The translations under genes were made by a program, and so were the position numbers. From NCBI GenBank assembly GCA_039621445.1, contig CP154954.1, positions 23,262,954 through 23,326,953 on the forward strand: a stretch of 64,000 nucleotides of DNA, given 5' to 3'. Of the stretch, positions 46,259 to 61,300 are shown piece by piece. The notes beneath the pieces are model-generated. The model searched no databases. It was not told the origin of the DNA and was given only the letters and a program-made list of their open reading frames with translations. Origin of the DNA: Euglena gracilis. Lineage: Eukaryota. Numbering within the stretch: the stretch's first letter is position 1; every line of letters starts with the position of its first letter.

Positions 46259-49200
46259 TTCCCTTCAGTTAACTTTTTTTTGGATCTCATTCAATGTTAC
46301 ATTTATGCCACCAAGTATGCTCAACGATGTCCTCCTTTTCCTTCATTTCCTGGACTCAGCCATAAGTTGACAATTGTCATTAAAGATGGAGTTCCGCACA
46401 GATCTTGCGTTTGGCACAAAAGTGCCCCCATGGACGGAATCTTTGGATCGAGTCAAGGAGAGGGCTATGAACTCCTTGCCACGGAAGGCAAGGCTAGAGT
46501 ATGTCCTTGTGACTGCATGGTCATCGTCAAACCTTATGCAATGCAGAATGGACCCCCCATGTGAACCATTTAAAATTCAAAGTACAATCCTCTTTTAATG
46601 ACATGGAGGCTGGGTTGCAGATGCAATTTTTTTGGACTCCCAAATGTTAATGATTTGGCAAGTCTACTCGAAACATATTTGCCAACATGATCTCGCAATG
46701 AAGCAAAAGCATCAGCTGCCCATACTGAAGAATATTCAAAGTTGTGTGGAAGAATATGGGCCCCCTCAAAGTGGCCACCCTTCAGGCACTGTGGGACTCA
46801 AAATGGCCACTTGGGGGGGACACTTTGGTTGGGAATCAATTTTGGCTTTTGAGGGGGGTAAACCAAAATTTTCCAAAAAGTTTTGGCCATTTTTTTTGGG
46901 GGGGGGCGCTTTGAGGGGGTAACCCAGGTTTTGAGCAGTGTTGAACTCTTTACCCACCTGCTGGTGTCATGAGGCAACAAATGTGGTTGCCAGCAGCCGG
47001 GAGGTTCAGTTGTGGGAGAATCAAATGACATAATTCGCCACCATTTTTTGTAGGGATTTCGGGGGGGATTGACATCCGCAATTTTCCCTCAACTTCAACA
47101 ATTTCCTGCAATTTTTCCTGCAATTTCCGCATTTTTTCCGCAATTTTTTCTCTTTCCGCAATTTTTCCGCATGAACCTGAGATAGAAGGAGAAATGAGTT
47201 TTGGCCATGCCTTGAACGTTTTACAAGGCAACCGAGGTGCTTTTTTTTTGTTATTTTGTTATTTTGTTGCAAATTTGCCAAATTTTGCCAAGTTTCAGCG
47301 GAACGAGGTTACCATCATAGTGGCTGGCCTGTTTTTTTTTTGAAGTTGTTTTTTTAAATTTAACATTTTTTAAAAAAAATGCACAAAAAAAAACGCCCAA
47401 GAGGGTTTGCGGGATTTTTTTTTGGCTTTTTTTCAGTGCTTAGGAAGGCGCCGGCCACACCTTTCTGCCGAAAAGGCGGGAAAGCTTACCTTTGTTTTTC
47501 GTTCCTTGAACGAAGGTCGACGACAGACAGTTCTGACTTTGATGACCAAGGACCTTCGGAAAGCAGGGGGGGGAGAAAATTGCACCGTGCAATTTTTGCA
47601 ATTTTGTGCAATTTTCGATTTTCCTGAAATGTGCAATTTTTTGCAATTTTGTGCAATTAGTTGCACATGGCCCACAATATTTTGTTTTGGAAAATGTCAA
47701 TTTTTGATGCAATTGAGAACTTATCGTTTTTTTTTTGCTGGGAAAATGATGTGCGTAGTGAAAATTTCCGTTCAAAGGCTGTTTATTGTTGGTTCACTCA
47801 GTGTGCAAACCCTATCTTGAGTCCCCTGTCCAGGTGTCTTTGATACTTTTTCAACATTACAAAAAGCCATCAATTTTCTAAGTCCCCTCAAGCAGAAATG
47901 TGTATATTCCCGATATCAATTTTGCCGCAATTTTTCCGCAATTTCCGCAATTTTTCCGCAATTTTTCCGCAATTTTTCCGAAGGCCTCCGATATCAATTC
48001 CCCCCCCCCTGCCTGCTAGCTAGTACCCCCCCCCCTATTCGGACTAGCTGCAGTCACTGCGAACCCTTAAAAAAATAGCCTGATGTCAAAGTCCCTTCAA
48101 AACTGCCACCTACATCAGGGTTTCCAGTTTTTTTTTTGGAATACTCTGAGCCCAGAAACATCAGGGTTTTCTTCCACCATCCCCCCCTGCAACTTCTCCT
48201 GTTCTCGTCACAAAATAATTGCGGCAGTTGAGCTCCCTCCCTTTGAGAACTGTCATGTTTTTGTTTGGTTGCTCTGAGCAAATGAAAGTGAGTCCAGGGC
48301 GACCACAGACTGCAGTTATGCTGCAGTTATGCTCCTGATTGAAGGGATGCTGAGAACACCCCTGTCCAATGACCGCCAAATTTCATCTCCTTTCAGGGTG
48401 AGGTCGCTAAAACAGCCAATGTTTATCCCCGACTGGTAAACCTCCCTCCCCACCTATAACCCCCCCTGGGGTTATAGGATCCGGTTCGATGTTCGGCCCC
48501 CGGAGGGGGGGTTATAGGTGGGGGGTGGGTTATAGGTCCCCCTTTGTTTTGCCTTTGTTTGCCCTGTATTGAGGGGGGGGGGGTTATAGGTCCCGGTTTG
48601 GTGGTTGGTCCCAGGAGGGGGGGGGGTTATAGGATGGGGGGGGGGGTTATAGGTGGGAGGGGGGGTTTAAGTTGGCGAAAATTGACCAGTATGTGCAATT
48701 TTGTGCAATTTTGTGCAATTTTGTACAATTTTTTTGCACTGCAATTTTTGACCCCCCGATGTGCAATTTCTCCCCCCCCTGCGGAAAGTGATCCCACCCA
48801 CTGTTGCGGGGGCTTGTTTTTTTTGTGGGGTTTCCTTTTTTTGATGTTGTTTTCAGTTGTTGTAAACCCCCCCTGAATAGAAGCCCCGATCCAAACCACG
48901 TCAAATTTGCTGCAAATGTTACTCTTGTGGATGGATCATTAAACGTAAACTCACCCAACCCTCATCTAGAGGTATTGCAAAAATTGGAGCCTATACTAGA
49001 CATTTACCCCCCACCCCCCACCCCCCCCCCCACACCCATGAAGAGCGGGCTACTATTCGGGGGTGGGCACTTTTCGGAATTTTGGTCGAAAACCAAGGGG
49101 GGGCTTCTATTCGGGGGGGGGGGGCACTATTTGGGGGGGGCTTCTATCAGGGGGGGGTTTAAAGTTTTTATAAAAACACCTTTTTTAAAAAAAAGTCCAT

Positions 49201-52200
49201 TCCCAAAATGCAGCCCCCTCCAAATTTGTAAACACCCTAGTTTATATTTTGGACACTCAAAGTTGGGGTCTGGGGGGTTGTTATTTGGAAATATCACAAA
49301 AGTCATGACAATGAAGGTTTTTGGGTCAATTTTGATTTCATGCTGATTGTTCCCTACGTTTTCTTCCCCTTCGCGCCTGTCAGGAGTCGGTGCTCAGGGG
49401 TGGTTCGGGTGACAATGAGGACGGGGTCATGGGAGGGGGTCACTCTGCGGGCTTGCTAAAATCAAAATGCCGTTAAATGCAAGGTTAGGCGTTAGGTCTC
49501 AAACCCCGGGCGGTGTCCTGAGCTGGTGAACTTAACAGGTGAAGTTCACCATTTTGAGGGTTTGGGCTAAATTTTTGATGTGTGAAATTTTGTGCTTTGT
49601 TCCTCAAAAATAGCCATTTCAATGCCGCCATTACAAGCGCAGGGTCCAAAATGAAGTTGCACCCCCCCCCTGCCAGTAAAGGCGGCGGTCCGTTACAGCC
49701 CTCCCGAGACAGATCAAAATTTTAAGACCAGAAATGGCCATTTTGGACCAAACAAAAGGCCTCAATTTTTTGGCACCAGATTTTGGTTTTTGTTCAAAGG
49801 GGGGGTTAGCACAGTTGGGACCCCATGAACCTCCCCCCTGTCTCGATGCAGCAGAGCAAGAAGTGCCAAAAATGAAAAAAAAATGGAACTGAGACCCCCC
49901 TTCTCAGCCAAAGGAGCCTGGTGAGAGACTTGGTCGACGATCCCCCCCCCAGTTTTCGGCTATGTGGGGGGGAAATCCATGTAAAGAAGGGTGCAAGCTA
50001 AATGATTGCGGAAATTTGATTTTCCCGTCTTTAAATTCTGCCCTTTGGAAGTTTTTACGCAAGTTCCTGGTCCAGTTTGTACCTTGATCAAAAGCCCTTT
50101 CAAGAGCTGGTGATATCTGGTGATATCCACAGTGTAAATTGAAATTCCTCAGAAGATAAATTTTGGGGTTGGAAAATCTTCATTTCGGACTTTTTTGAAT
50201 TAAATTTCTGCAACATTGCACCCTGAGCCTAAAACCCTAAATTTTAGGCGTCCTGGGAGATATCACTTCCCCCTGTTTACACTACCAGGTTCTCGAGGAA
50301 ACATCTTTCAATTTGAGGCCCAGAGGGGTCGGCACATCCCACCCCTTTGAAGCCCCCCAGCCCCCCCCCCCCCTTCATAGCCTGACCCCCTCGGCACGGC
50401 ATGCCGACCCAAAAGCTGATTTCTGGAGTTTTCGCCGACGCCAACGGCGCCAGCTGGCCAAAAAAAAAACACCCAAATTCGGGGACGGGGGGGGGGGTGG
50501 GTAGTCGGCCGACTAGTCGGCTGACTACCCAAAATGGTCGGCCGACTTGGTCTGGTCGGCAGCTGGTCGGCGAAACAGGGTGGGGAGGGGTAGTGGGTAG
50601 TCGGCCGACAAGTCGACTGACCACCCACCCCAATGTACTGATGGGCCAAGTTCGCCGACTTTTAAGCCCCCACCCCTCTGAACAAATTCCTAATCAGACT
50701 GGTGGGCTATCATAAAAAATGGCTTCTGGCTGGCCCAAATCACACAGAAATGGTCCAGATGGGGTCAAAATGAGCGTCCAGTACCGGTATGATTAACCAC
50801 AGATGGTAATGCAACGTCCGTGGGGGGGGGTGAGTTGGGTTGTGGGACTCCAAAGGGGTAGAACACCATTGATAGACAAAGATTGCATGAAAATCTTTTT
50901 AAAATGACAGTGCTCTGTATCTTGAGGTCAGAAAACTCCATCCCCCCCCCCCCCCACCACGCCCCCAACCGCCCCCCTCCCCCCACCGGACCCCCCCCCC
51001 TCAAAAACCAATACCCCTTTGTGTAGGCAATATAACATGGGGACTAAAGCCCTCAACGTGGGCAAAATACTAGGCCCCCCCTCAAATAGCAAAATCCTTT
51101 AACTTTGGCCAAAAACTCGAGGGGCAAAGTCGTTTTTTGTTCGGCATTTTGATATGGGTGGGGGGGGCTCCGCCCCCCACACCCCCCCTCAAATACAAAA
51201 TCCCTTCACGTTGGCCAAAATACTCGGGTAAGTCCTTTCGAGTGTTTTTTTCTTTTGAATGAGTCACTGGGTCATTTTGACTGTGTTTTCCTTGTCACCG
51301 TATGGAAAATCTCATAGGCAAGCGTATGATTCTGCTAAAAGGTGGCCAAAAACGAAGATTTTTATTGCAAATCTTTGCATATTCACCCCCGATTGGGGGG
51401 ATCTAGAGCCATTTGGGAGGGGTTTGGCTGGTTTTCGGATGATTTGGACAAACGTTTTTTTTTTGAGGGGGGGCCTTAAAAGTTGGCGAACTTGGCCTGT
51501 TAGTACATTAGAGTGGGTAGTCGGCCGACTACAGCGGCACCCCGATCTTCCCCCCCCCCCCGAATACTCCCCCCCCATTTTCGGCCAATTTTTGGAATCC
51601 GGGTGTGTTCCAAAAAACAGCTGAATAATTTCCCTCCCCCCAAAATTCGGAACACCGACCATGGTTGCAAACACAAAGAAGAGGTTCTCATTCTCTTCGC
51701 AAACCGGAAAGTCACTTCCTGGGGCGCAAATTCAGTGCCAGAGAACGAGCCAATTTGGCATCGAGGTCAGACTGTGCAGCGTCAGCTGCCTCCCCATCAC
51801 TGGGAATGTCGGCAATGGGGGGCGCGACAACACCGTCTTCCTGGGACAGTGGAAATCAAAGGCAGTGTTCCTGAAGGAGGCTAAAATCCGCAATGCACCC
51901 AAAAAACAGCTGAATATTCCCCCCCTCAAATTTCGGGGATTTTGGCCGCCCAAGGGGGGGGGATTGATCGGGGTGCCGCTGTAGTTGGTTGACTACCCAC
52001 TCCCCCCCTCCCCCAGTCTACTGTCTGGGCCCTTTTTTTTTTTAACATTCGCCCCTCAAATGGCCCCATTTTACTAAATTTGTCTTCTTTGAGGTCACTT
52101 TCATCTTTCATAGAGAACTTTTGAGGTTTTTTGATCTTTATTTCCTTTTTTTTATTATCTTTTTTTGAATATTTTCAGCAAAACTGTGCTCTTTCCAACT

Positions 52201-52209
52201 TTTAAGTAC

Positions 52210-53173
52210 TCCTTTTTCGATTTTTTTGTCGACTTTTTTGACCCGGTTTTGACCCAAAGTCAAAGGGTCGGCAATAGCCCAAAACGGGGCGCCGGCGGGT
52301 CGAACAAAACGCTCATTTTTCGGCTCAAAAACAGTTTTTCGGGTCGGGAGGTCACAAAAAAATCGTTTTCGATGGTTTCGGGGCGAAAAAAAAATTTTTC
52401 GATATTTTTCGACTTTTTTGACCCGGTTTTGACCCAAAATCAATGGGTTGGCGGCCCAAAAAGGGGCCCTGGCGGGTCGAAAAACGCTCATTTTCAGCTC
52501 AAAAACACTTTTTCCGGGTCCGGGAGGCCAAAAAACATGGTTTTGGGCGAAAAATTTTTTTTCGATTTTTTTCGACTTTTTTGACCCAGTTTTGACCCAA
52601 AGTCAATGGGTTGGCGAACCAAAACGGGGCGCTGGCGGGTCGAAAAACGCTCATTTTCAGCTCAAAAACACTTTTTCCGGGTCCGGGAGGCCAAAAACAT
52701 GGTTTTGGGCGAAAAAATTTTTTCGATTTTTTTCGACTTTTTGGCCCGAAAACGGCTAAGTCGGACAGTGGGAAAAGTGCGCAAAACGGCCATTTGGACC
52801 GAAAAACGGCCGTATCTCGGGCTAGGCGGGGAGTTGGCCCAAACTGCGAATACCGGTGGATAGGGCGTCCCAAAGTTGTGGAATGAGGTACTCTTTAGTT
52901 TTTCTCAACTCCCCGGCGTTTTCGAGATATTTTGAATTTTTCGATTTTTTGACCCCAAAAATGACCCCCTGTTGCCGGTCCAACAAACTTTCTTTGGAAA
53001 AAAAACGGTAGACAACTTTTTTGCTCGGGCCAGATCTCCGGCCTGGCGCGGAGTTGCGGGCAACCTAAGGGCTCTGGACAAACTAGGGACCGTCTCCTAA
53101 CCTATAGGCTATTAACCTTTCGGGTCCCGAAATCAGGTCACATCGATAATCCTCGGGTGCCCGGGCCTACTCA

Positions 53174-53247
<74 letters not shown>

Positions 53248-54218
53248 GGTAAGCTTCGCTCTTACTCTAAAGAGATAAGAGCTCAGCGACCAGGGTGTGA
53301 CGTAGAGCTGAGCTCTTTGGGGGACCATTCCGGCTCGGCCGGCGAAAAACGCTCATTTTCAGCTCAAAAACATGTTTTCCGGGTCCAGGAGGCTCAAAAA
53401 CATGGTTTTGGGCGAAAAATTTTTTTCGATATTTTTCGACTTTTTTGACCCGGTTTTGACCCAAAATCAATGGGTTGGCGGCCCAAAAAGGGGCCCTGGC
53501 GGGTCGAAAAACGCTCATTTTCAGCTCAAAAACGCTTTTTCCGGGTCCGGGAGGCCAAAAAACATGGTTTTGGGCGAAAAAAATTTTTTCGATTTTTTTC
53601 GACTTTTTTGACCCAGTTTTGACCCAAAGTCAATGGGTTGGCGAACCAAAACGGGGCGCTGGCGGGTCGAAAAACGCTCATTTTCAGCTCAAAAACACTT
53701 TTTCCGGGTCCGGGAGGCCCAAAAACATGGTTTTGGGCGAAAAAAAATTTTCGATTTTTTTCGACTTTTTGGCCCGAAAACGGCTAAGTCGGACAGTGGG
53801 AAAAGTGCGCAAAACGGCCATTTGGACCGAAAAACGGCCATATCTCGGCCCAGGCGGGGAGTTGGCCCAAACTGCGAATACCGGTGGATAGGGCGTCCCA
53901 AAGTTGTGGAATGAGGTACTCTTTAGTTTTTCTCAACTCCCCAGCGTTTTCGAGATATTTTGAATTTTTCGATTTTTTGACCCCAAAAATGACCCCTTTT
54001 GCCGGTCCAACAAAATTTCTTTGGAAAAAAAACGGTAGACAACTTTTTTGCTCGGGCCAGATCTCCGGCGTGGCGCGGAGTTGCGGGCAACCTAAGGGCT
54101 CTGGACAAACTAGGGACCGTCTCCTAACCTATAGGCTATTAACCTTTCGGGTCCCGAAATCCAATCACATCGATAATCCTCGGGGGCCCGAGCCTACTCA
54201 GGGCGGGGCGGGGGGGGG

Positions 54219-54262
<44 letters not shown>

Positions 54263-55347
54263 CGGGGGGGTGGTAAGCTTCGCTCTTACTCTAAAGAGAT
54301 AAGAGCTCAGCGACCAGGGTGTGACGTAGAGCTGAGCTCTTTGGGGGACCATTCCGGCCCGGCCGGCGAAAAACGCTCATTTTCAGCTCAAAAACATGTT
54401 TTCCGGGTCCTGGAGGCCAAAAAACATGGTTTTGGGCGAAAAAAATTTTTTCGATTTTTTTCGACTTTTTTGACCCGGTTTTGACCCAAAATCAATGGGT
54501 TGGCGGCCCAAAAAGGGGCCCTGGCGGTTCGAAAAACGCTCATTTTCAGCTCAAAAACACTTTTTCCGGGTCCGGGAGGCCAAAAAACACGGTTTTGGGT
54601 GAAAAAAAATTTTTCGATTTTTTTCGACTTTTTTGACCCGGTTTTGACCCAAAGTCAATGGGTTGGCGAACCAAAACGGGGCGCCGGCAGGTCGAAAAAC
54701 GCTCGTTTTCGGCCCAAAAACACTTTTTCCGGGTCCGGGAGGCCCAAAAACATGGTTTTGGGCGAAAAAAATTTTTTCGATTTTTTTTGACTTTTTGGCC
54801 CGAAAACGGCTAAGTCGGACAGTGGGAAAAGTGCGCAAAACGGCCATTTGGACCGAAAAACGGCCGTATCTCGGGCTAGGCGGGGAGTTGGCCCAAACTG
54901 CGCATACCGGTGGATAGGGCGTCCCAAAGTTGTGGAATGAGGTACTCTTTAGTTTTTCTCAACTCCCCAGCGTTTTCGAGATATTTTGAATTTTTCGATT
55001 TTTTGACCCCAAAAATGACCCCTTTTGCCGGTCCAACAAAATTTCTTTGGAAAAAAAACGGTAGACAACTTTTTTGCTCGGGCCAGATCTCCGGCCTGGC
55101 GCGGAGTTGCGGGCAACCTAAGGGCTCTGGACAAACTAGGGACCGTCTCCTAACCTATAGGCTATTAACCTTTCGGGTCCCGAAATCCAATCACATCGAT
55201 AATCCTCGGGGGCCCGAGCCTACTCAGGGGGGGAGGAGGGGCGGGGGGCGGGGGGGGGGGGGGGGTGGGGGGGGGGGGGGGATGGGGGGGGTGTTGGGGG
55301 GGGTGGTAAGCTTCGCTCTTACTCTAAAGAGATAAGAGCTCAGCGAC
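52210..55347. repeat. Tandem array A: three ~1.03-kb units with internal ~170-bp subrepeats and poly-G
   Basis: cggctaagtcggacagtgggaaaag at ~52752, ~53781 and ~54807; units end at 53290, ~54314 and ~55347. Confidence 0.93.
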
Positions 55348-58300
55348 CCCCCCCTACCCCTTACCACGGTCGGGTCGACCACCATTTTCCAGCAATCCCC
55401 CCCTTTGTGAACTTTTAAGCCCCGGCTTTTGAGGACTACAGCCGGCTGTTCAGAAACGTGATAAATTGGCCCCTACAAGGTACCAGCTACCCCAAAGAGC
55501 CGCCCAACTAGGGTTAATACACATGGGGGGACCCTCGCTCGGCGCCTTCGGCGCCTCGCTCTGGTCCCCCCATGTTTTTAACCCTAGTTGGACGGCTCTT
55601 TGGGTTCGCTGGTTACCTTGTAGAGACCAATCTAACAACGTTGAGCGGGAAATGTTCTGCTGTTTGGACAAGAATCGTAACCCTAACCCCACTCCTTCAA
55701 ATAGCCTCATAAATTCTTTTTGGGCACAGGAAAACGCCATCAGCAAATTCTTTTGCAGGGCGCCTTCGGCGCCCTAGGTCAACTTTTTTTGCCAAAAGTG
55801 GCCCAAAATGGACATTTTCCCCTCATGTTTTTGCATATTCACCCCCAATTGGGGGGTTCTGGAGCCATTAGGGTGGGTTTTGACTGGTTTAGGGGTGATT
55901 TGGACATAAGTTTTTTTGAGGGTCCCCCCCTACCCCCCCCCCCTACCCCCTACCCTACCAGGTTTTGAATAGTGCTGAGCTCTTGATAAGCGCGCCCCCA
56001 CCACCGACGGTCCGGCCCGGCCCGGCCCGGCCGGCGGCCCGGCGTCCCAGCGAATCGTTTCGGGCCCAAAAATTTTTTTCGATTTTTTTCGACTTTTTTG
56101 ACCGGGTTTGACCCAAAGTCAATGGGTCGGCGGCCCAAAACGGGGCGCTGGCCATCATGACCAATGATGGCCATCATTGGTCATGATGGCCATCATGGGC
56201 CATGATGGCCATCATTGGTCGTGATGGCCATCATTGGTCATGATGGGCATCATGGGTCATGATGGCCATCATGGGTCATGATGGCCATCATTGGTCATGA
56301 TGGCCATCATTGGTCGTGATGGCCATCATTGGTCATGATGGCCATCATGGGTCATGATGGCCATCATTGGTCCTGATGGCCATCATTGGTCATGATGGCC
56401 ATCAGGGGTCATGATGGCCATCAGGGGTCATGATTGCCATCATTGGGCATGATGGCCATCATTGGTCATGATGGCCATCATTGGTCATGATGGCCATCAT
56501 TGGTCATGATGGCCATCATTGGTCATGATGGCCATCATTGGATTGGTCATGATGGCCATCATTGGTCATGATGGCCATCATTGGTCATGATGGGCCTCAG
56601 GGGTCATGATGGCCATCATTGGTCATGATGGCCATCATTGGTCATGATGGCCATCATTGGTCATGATGGCCATCATTGGTCATGATGGCCATCATTGGTC
56701 ATGATGGCCATCATTGGTCATGATGGCCATCATTGGTCATGATGGCCATCATTGGTCATGATGGCCATCATTGGTCATGATGGCCATCATTGGTCATGAT
56801 GGCCATCATTGGTCATGATGGCCATCATTGGTCCTGATGGCCATCATTGGTCATGATGGCCATCATTGCCCATGATGGTCATCATGGGTCATCATGCACA
56901 TTATGACCCATGATTGGCATCACCGGTCATGATGCGCATCATGGCCATCACAGGCCATGATGGCCATTATGGTCGAAAAACGCCCATTTTCGGCTCGAAA
57001 ACCCCTTTTCCGGGTCCAGGAGGCCAAAAAACATCGTTTCGGGCAAAAAAAAATTTTTCAATTTTTTTTCGACTTTTTTGACCCGGTTTTGGCCCGAAGT
57101 CAATGGGTTGGCGGCCCAGAACGGGGCGCTGGCGGGTCGAAAAACGCTCATTTTTTTTTTTCGGCTCAAAACAAACAACGTTTTTTTTTTTTTTGGGCAA
57201 AAGCTATTTTTTTTTCTTTTTTTTTTTTTTTTTTTTTTTTTATGTTGTCCGGGAGGCCAAAAAACATCGTTTTGGGCAAAAAAAAAAATTTCGATTTTTT
57301 TTGACTTTTTTGACCCGGTTTTGGCCCGAAGTCAATGGGTTGGCGGCCCAGAACGGGGTGCTGGCGGGTCGAAAAACGCTCATTTTCGGCTCAAAAACAG
57401 TTTTTCCAGGTCTGGGAGGCCAAAAAACATCGTTTTGGGCAAAAAAAAATTTTTCGATTTTTTCGATTTTTTTGGCCGAAAATGGCTAAGTCGAACAGTG
57501 GAAAACGTGTACAAAATGGCCAAAATTGGCCGAAAAAACGGCCGTATCTCGGGCTAGGCGGTGAGCTGGGATGAAACCAAAATCACAGTAGATAGAGCGT
57601 TCCAAGGGCTTCAATTTAGGTCTCTGGACATTTCCTTTGATTTTGCATCATTTTCGAGAAATTTTGAAAACATCGATTTTTTGACCCCCCACCCCCGAAA
57701 ACGGCTAAGTCGAACAGAGGGAAAAGTGTACAAAACGGCCAGCTGCGCCGAAAACGGCCGTATCTCGGGCTAGGCGGGGAGTTGCGGGGAAATCAAAATA
57801 CCGGTAGATGGGGCGTTCCAAGGGCTTCAAATTAGGTCTCCGGACATTTCCTTTGATTTGGCTTCATTTTGGAGATATTTTGAAAATTGACATTTTTTGG
57901 CCGTCCAAAGGGGGGGGGGCTCATCCAGGGGGGGCGGGTAAATCCTACCGAGTTTGGACCCCTTCGCGCGTGAATAACTCGGGCCTGGCGGGGAGTTGGG
58001 GGTCCAACCCAGGTGATTCGGAAACTAGGAATCCAGTCGCTCGCGACTGAAAAAAAAAATTCCGGGAACCGGGCCGGGATCATGGTGATAATCCGTCGGT
58101 TCCCGAGGTGGCCCCGACCCGGGGGGGGGGGGGCCCGGGGGCGGGGGGGGGCGGGGGGGGGGGGCCCGGGGGCGGGGGGGGGGAGGGGGGGGGTCGAGGG
58201 GGGGGGTTTCGCCAGGGGTAAGCTTCGCTCTTACCCATAAAGGGATAAGAGCTCAGCGACCCCCCCCCTACCCCCCACCCCCCCCCTACCCTACCCTACC

Positions 58301-61300
58301 CCCCCCTACCCCCCCCCTACCCCTTACCACGGTCGGGTCGACCACCATTTTCCAGCAATCCCCCCCTTTGTGAACTTTTAAGCCCCGGCTTTTGAGGACT
58401 ACAGCCGGCTGTTCAGAAACGTGATAAATTGGCCCCTACAAGGTACCAGCTACCCCAAAGAGCCGCCCAACTAGGGTTAATACACATGGGGGGACCCTCG
58501 CTCGGCGCCTTCGGCGCCTCGCTCTGGTCCCCCCATGTTTTTAACCCTAGTTGGACGGCTCTTTGGGTTCGCTGGTTACCTTGTAGAGACCAATCTAACA
58601 ACGTTGAGCGGGAAATGTTCTGCTGTTTGGACAAGAATCGTAACCCTAACCCCACTCCTTCAAATAGCCTCATAAATTCTTTTTGGGCACAGGAAAACGC
58701 CATCAGCAAATTCTTTTGCAGGGCGCCTTCGGCGCCCTAGGTCAACTTTTTTGCCAAAAGTGGCCCAAAATGGACATTTTCCCCTCATGTTTTTGCATAT
58801 TCACCCCCAATTGGGGGGTTCTGGAGCCATTAGGGTGGGTTTTGACTGGTTTAGGGGTGATTTGGACATAAGTTTTTTTGAGGGTCCCCCCCTACCCCCC
58901 CCCCTACCCCCTACCCTACCAGGTTTTGAATAGTGCTGAGCTCTTGATAAGCGCGCCCCCACCACCGACGGTCCGGCCCGGCCCGGCCCGGCCGGCGGCC
59001 CGGCGTCCCAGCGAATCGTTTCGGGCCCAAAAATTTTTTTCGATTTTTTTCGACTTTTTTGACCGGGTTTGACCCAAAGTCAATGGGTCGGCGGCCCAAA
59101 ACGGGGCGCTGGCCATCATGACCAATGATGGCCATCATTGGTCATGATGGCCATCATGGGCCATGATGGCCATCATTGGTCGTGATGGCCATCATTGGTC
59201 ATGATGGGCATCATGGGTCATGATGGCCATCATGGGTCATGATGGCCATCATTGGTCATGATGGCCATCATTGGTCGTGATGGCCATCATTGGTCATGAT
59301 GGCCATCATGGTTCATGATGGCCATCATTGGTCCTGATGGCCATCATTGGTCCTGATGGCCATCATTGGTCATGATGGCCATCAGGGGTCATGATTGCCA
59401 TCATTGGGCATGATGGCCATCATTGGTCATGATGGCCATCATTGGTCATGATGGCCATCATTGGTCATGATGGCCATCATTGGATTGGTCATGATGGCCA
59501 TCATTGGTCATGATGGGCCTCAGGGGTCATGATGGCCATCATTGGTCATGATGGCCATCATTGGTCATGATGGCCATCATTGGTCATGATGGCCATCATT
59601 GGTCATGATGGCCATCATTGGTCATGATGGCCATCATTGGTCATGATGGCCATCATTGGTCATGATGGCCATCATTGGTCATGATGGCCATCATTGGTCA
59701 TGATGGCCATCATTGGTCCTGATGGCCATCATTGGTCCTGATGGCCATCATTGGTCATGATGGCCATCATTGCCCATGATGGTCATCATGGGTCATCATG
59801 CACATTATGACCCATGATTGGCATCACCGGTCATGATGCGCATCATGGCCATCACAGGCCATGATGGCCATTATGGTCGAAAAACGCCCATTTTCGGCTC
59901 GAAAACCCCTTTTCCGGGTCCAGGAGGCCAAAAAACATCGTTTCGGGCAAAAAAAAATTTTTCGATTTTTTTCGACTTTTTTGACCCGGTTTTGGCCCGA
60001 AGTCAATGGGTTGGCGGCCCAGAACGGGGCGCTGGCGGGTCGAAAAACGCTCATTTTCGGCTCAAAAACAGTTTTTTCCGGTCGTCGTTTGGGCAAAAAA
60101 ATTTTTCGATTTTTTTTTGACTTTTTCTTTTGGCCCGAAGTCAATGGGTTGGCGGCCCAGAACGGGGTGCTGGCGGGTCGAAAAACGCTCATTTTCGGCT
60201 CAAAAACAGTTTTTCCAGGTCCGGGAGGCCAAAAAACATCGTTTTGGGCAAAAAAAATTTTTGGTTTTTTTTCGATTTTTTTGGCCGAAAATGGCTAAGT
60301 CGAACAGTGGAAAACGTGTACAAAATGGCCAAAATTGGCCGAAAAAACGGCCGTATCTCGGGCTAGGCGGTGAGCTGCGATGAAACCAAAATCACAGTAG
60401 ATAGAGCGTTCCAAGGGCTTCAATTTAGGTCTCTGGACATTTCCTTTGATTTTGCATCATTTTCGAGAAATTTTGAAAACATCGATTTTTTGACCCCCCA
60501 CCCCCCGAAAACGGCCAAGTCGAACAGAGGGAAAAGTGTACAAAACGGCCAGCTGCGCCGAAAACGGCCGTATCTCGGGCTAGGCGGGGAGTTGCGGGGA
60601 AATCAAAATACCGGTAGATGGGGCGTTCCAAGGGCTTCAAATTAGGTCTCCGGACATTTCCTTTGATTTGGCTTCATTTTGGAGATATTTTGAAAATTGA
60701 CATTTTTTGGCCGTCCAAAGGGGGGGGGGCTCATCCAGGGGGGGGGTGGCGAATCCTACCGAGTTTGGACCCCTTCGCGCGTGAATAACTCGGGCCTGGC
60801 GGGGAGTTGGGGGTCCAACCCAGGTGATTCGGAAACTAGGAATCCAGTCGCTCGCGACTGAAAAAAAAATTCCGGGAACCGGGCCGGGATCATGGTGATA
60901 ATCCGTCGGTTCCCGAGGTGCCCCGCGGGGGGGGGGGGGGGGGTGGGGGGGGGGGTTCGGGGGGGGTTTTCCCCCAGTGGTAAGCTTCGCTCTTACCCAT
61001 AAAGGGATAAGAGCTCAGCGACCCCCCCCATACCCCCCCCATACCCCCCCCAACACCCCCAAAACCAAAACCCCCATTTTCCCGCAATCCCCCCCTTTGT
61101 GAACTTTTAAGCCCCGGCTTTTGAGGACTACAGCCGGCTGTTCAGAAACGTGATAAATTGGCCCCTACAAGGTACCAGCTACCCCAAGAGCCGCCCAACT
61201 AGGGTTAATACACATGGGGGGACCCTCGCTCGGCGCCTTCGGCGCCTCGCTCTGGTCCCCCCATGTTTTTAACCCTAGTTGGACGGCTCTTTGGGTTCGC

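Noticed and set aside
46270-46760. Coding-like island
   Set aside because: No recognisable motif in any frame and no start, stop or splice support.
56150-56970. Palindromic repeats as a CRISPR array
   Set aside because: Units are contiguous with no unique spacers, there are no cas genes, and the context is eukaryotic.
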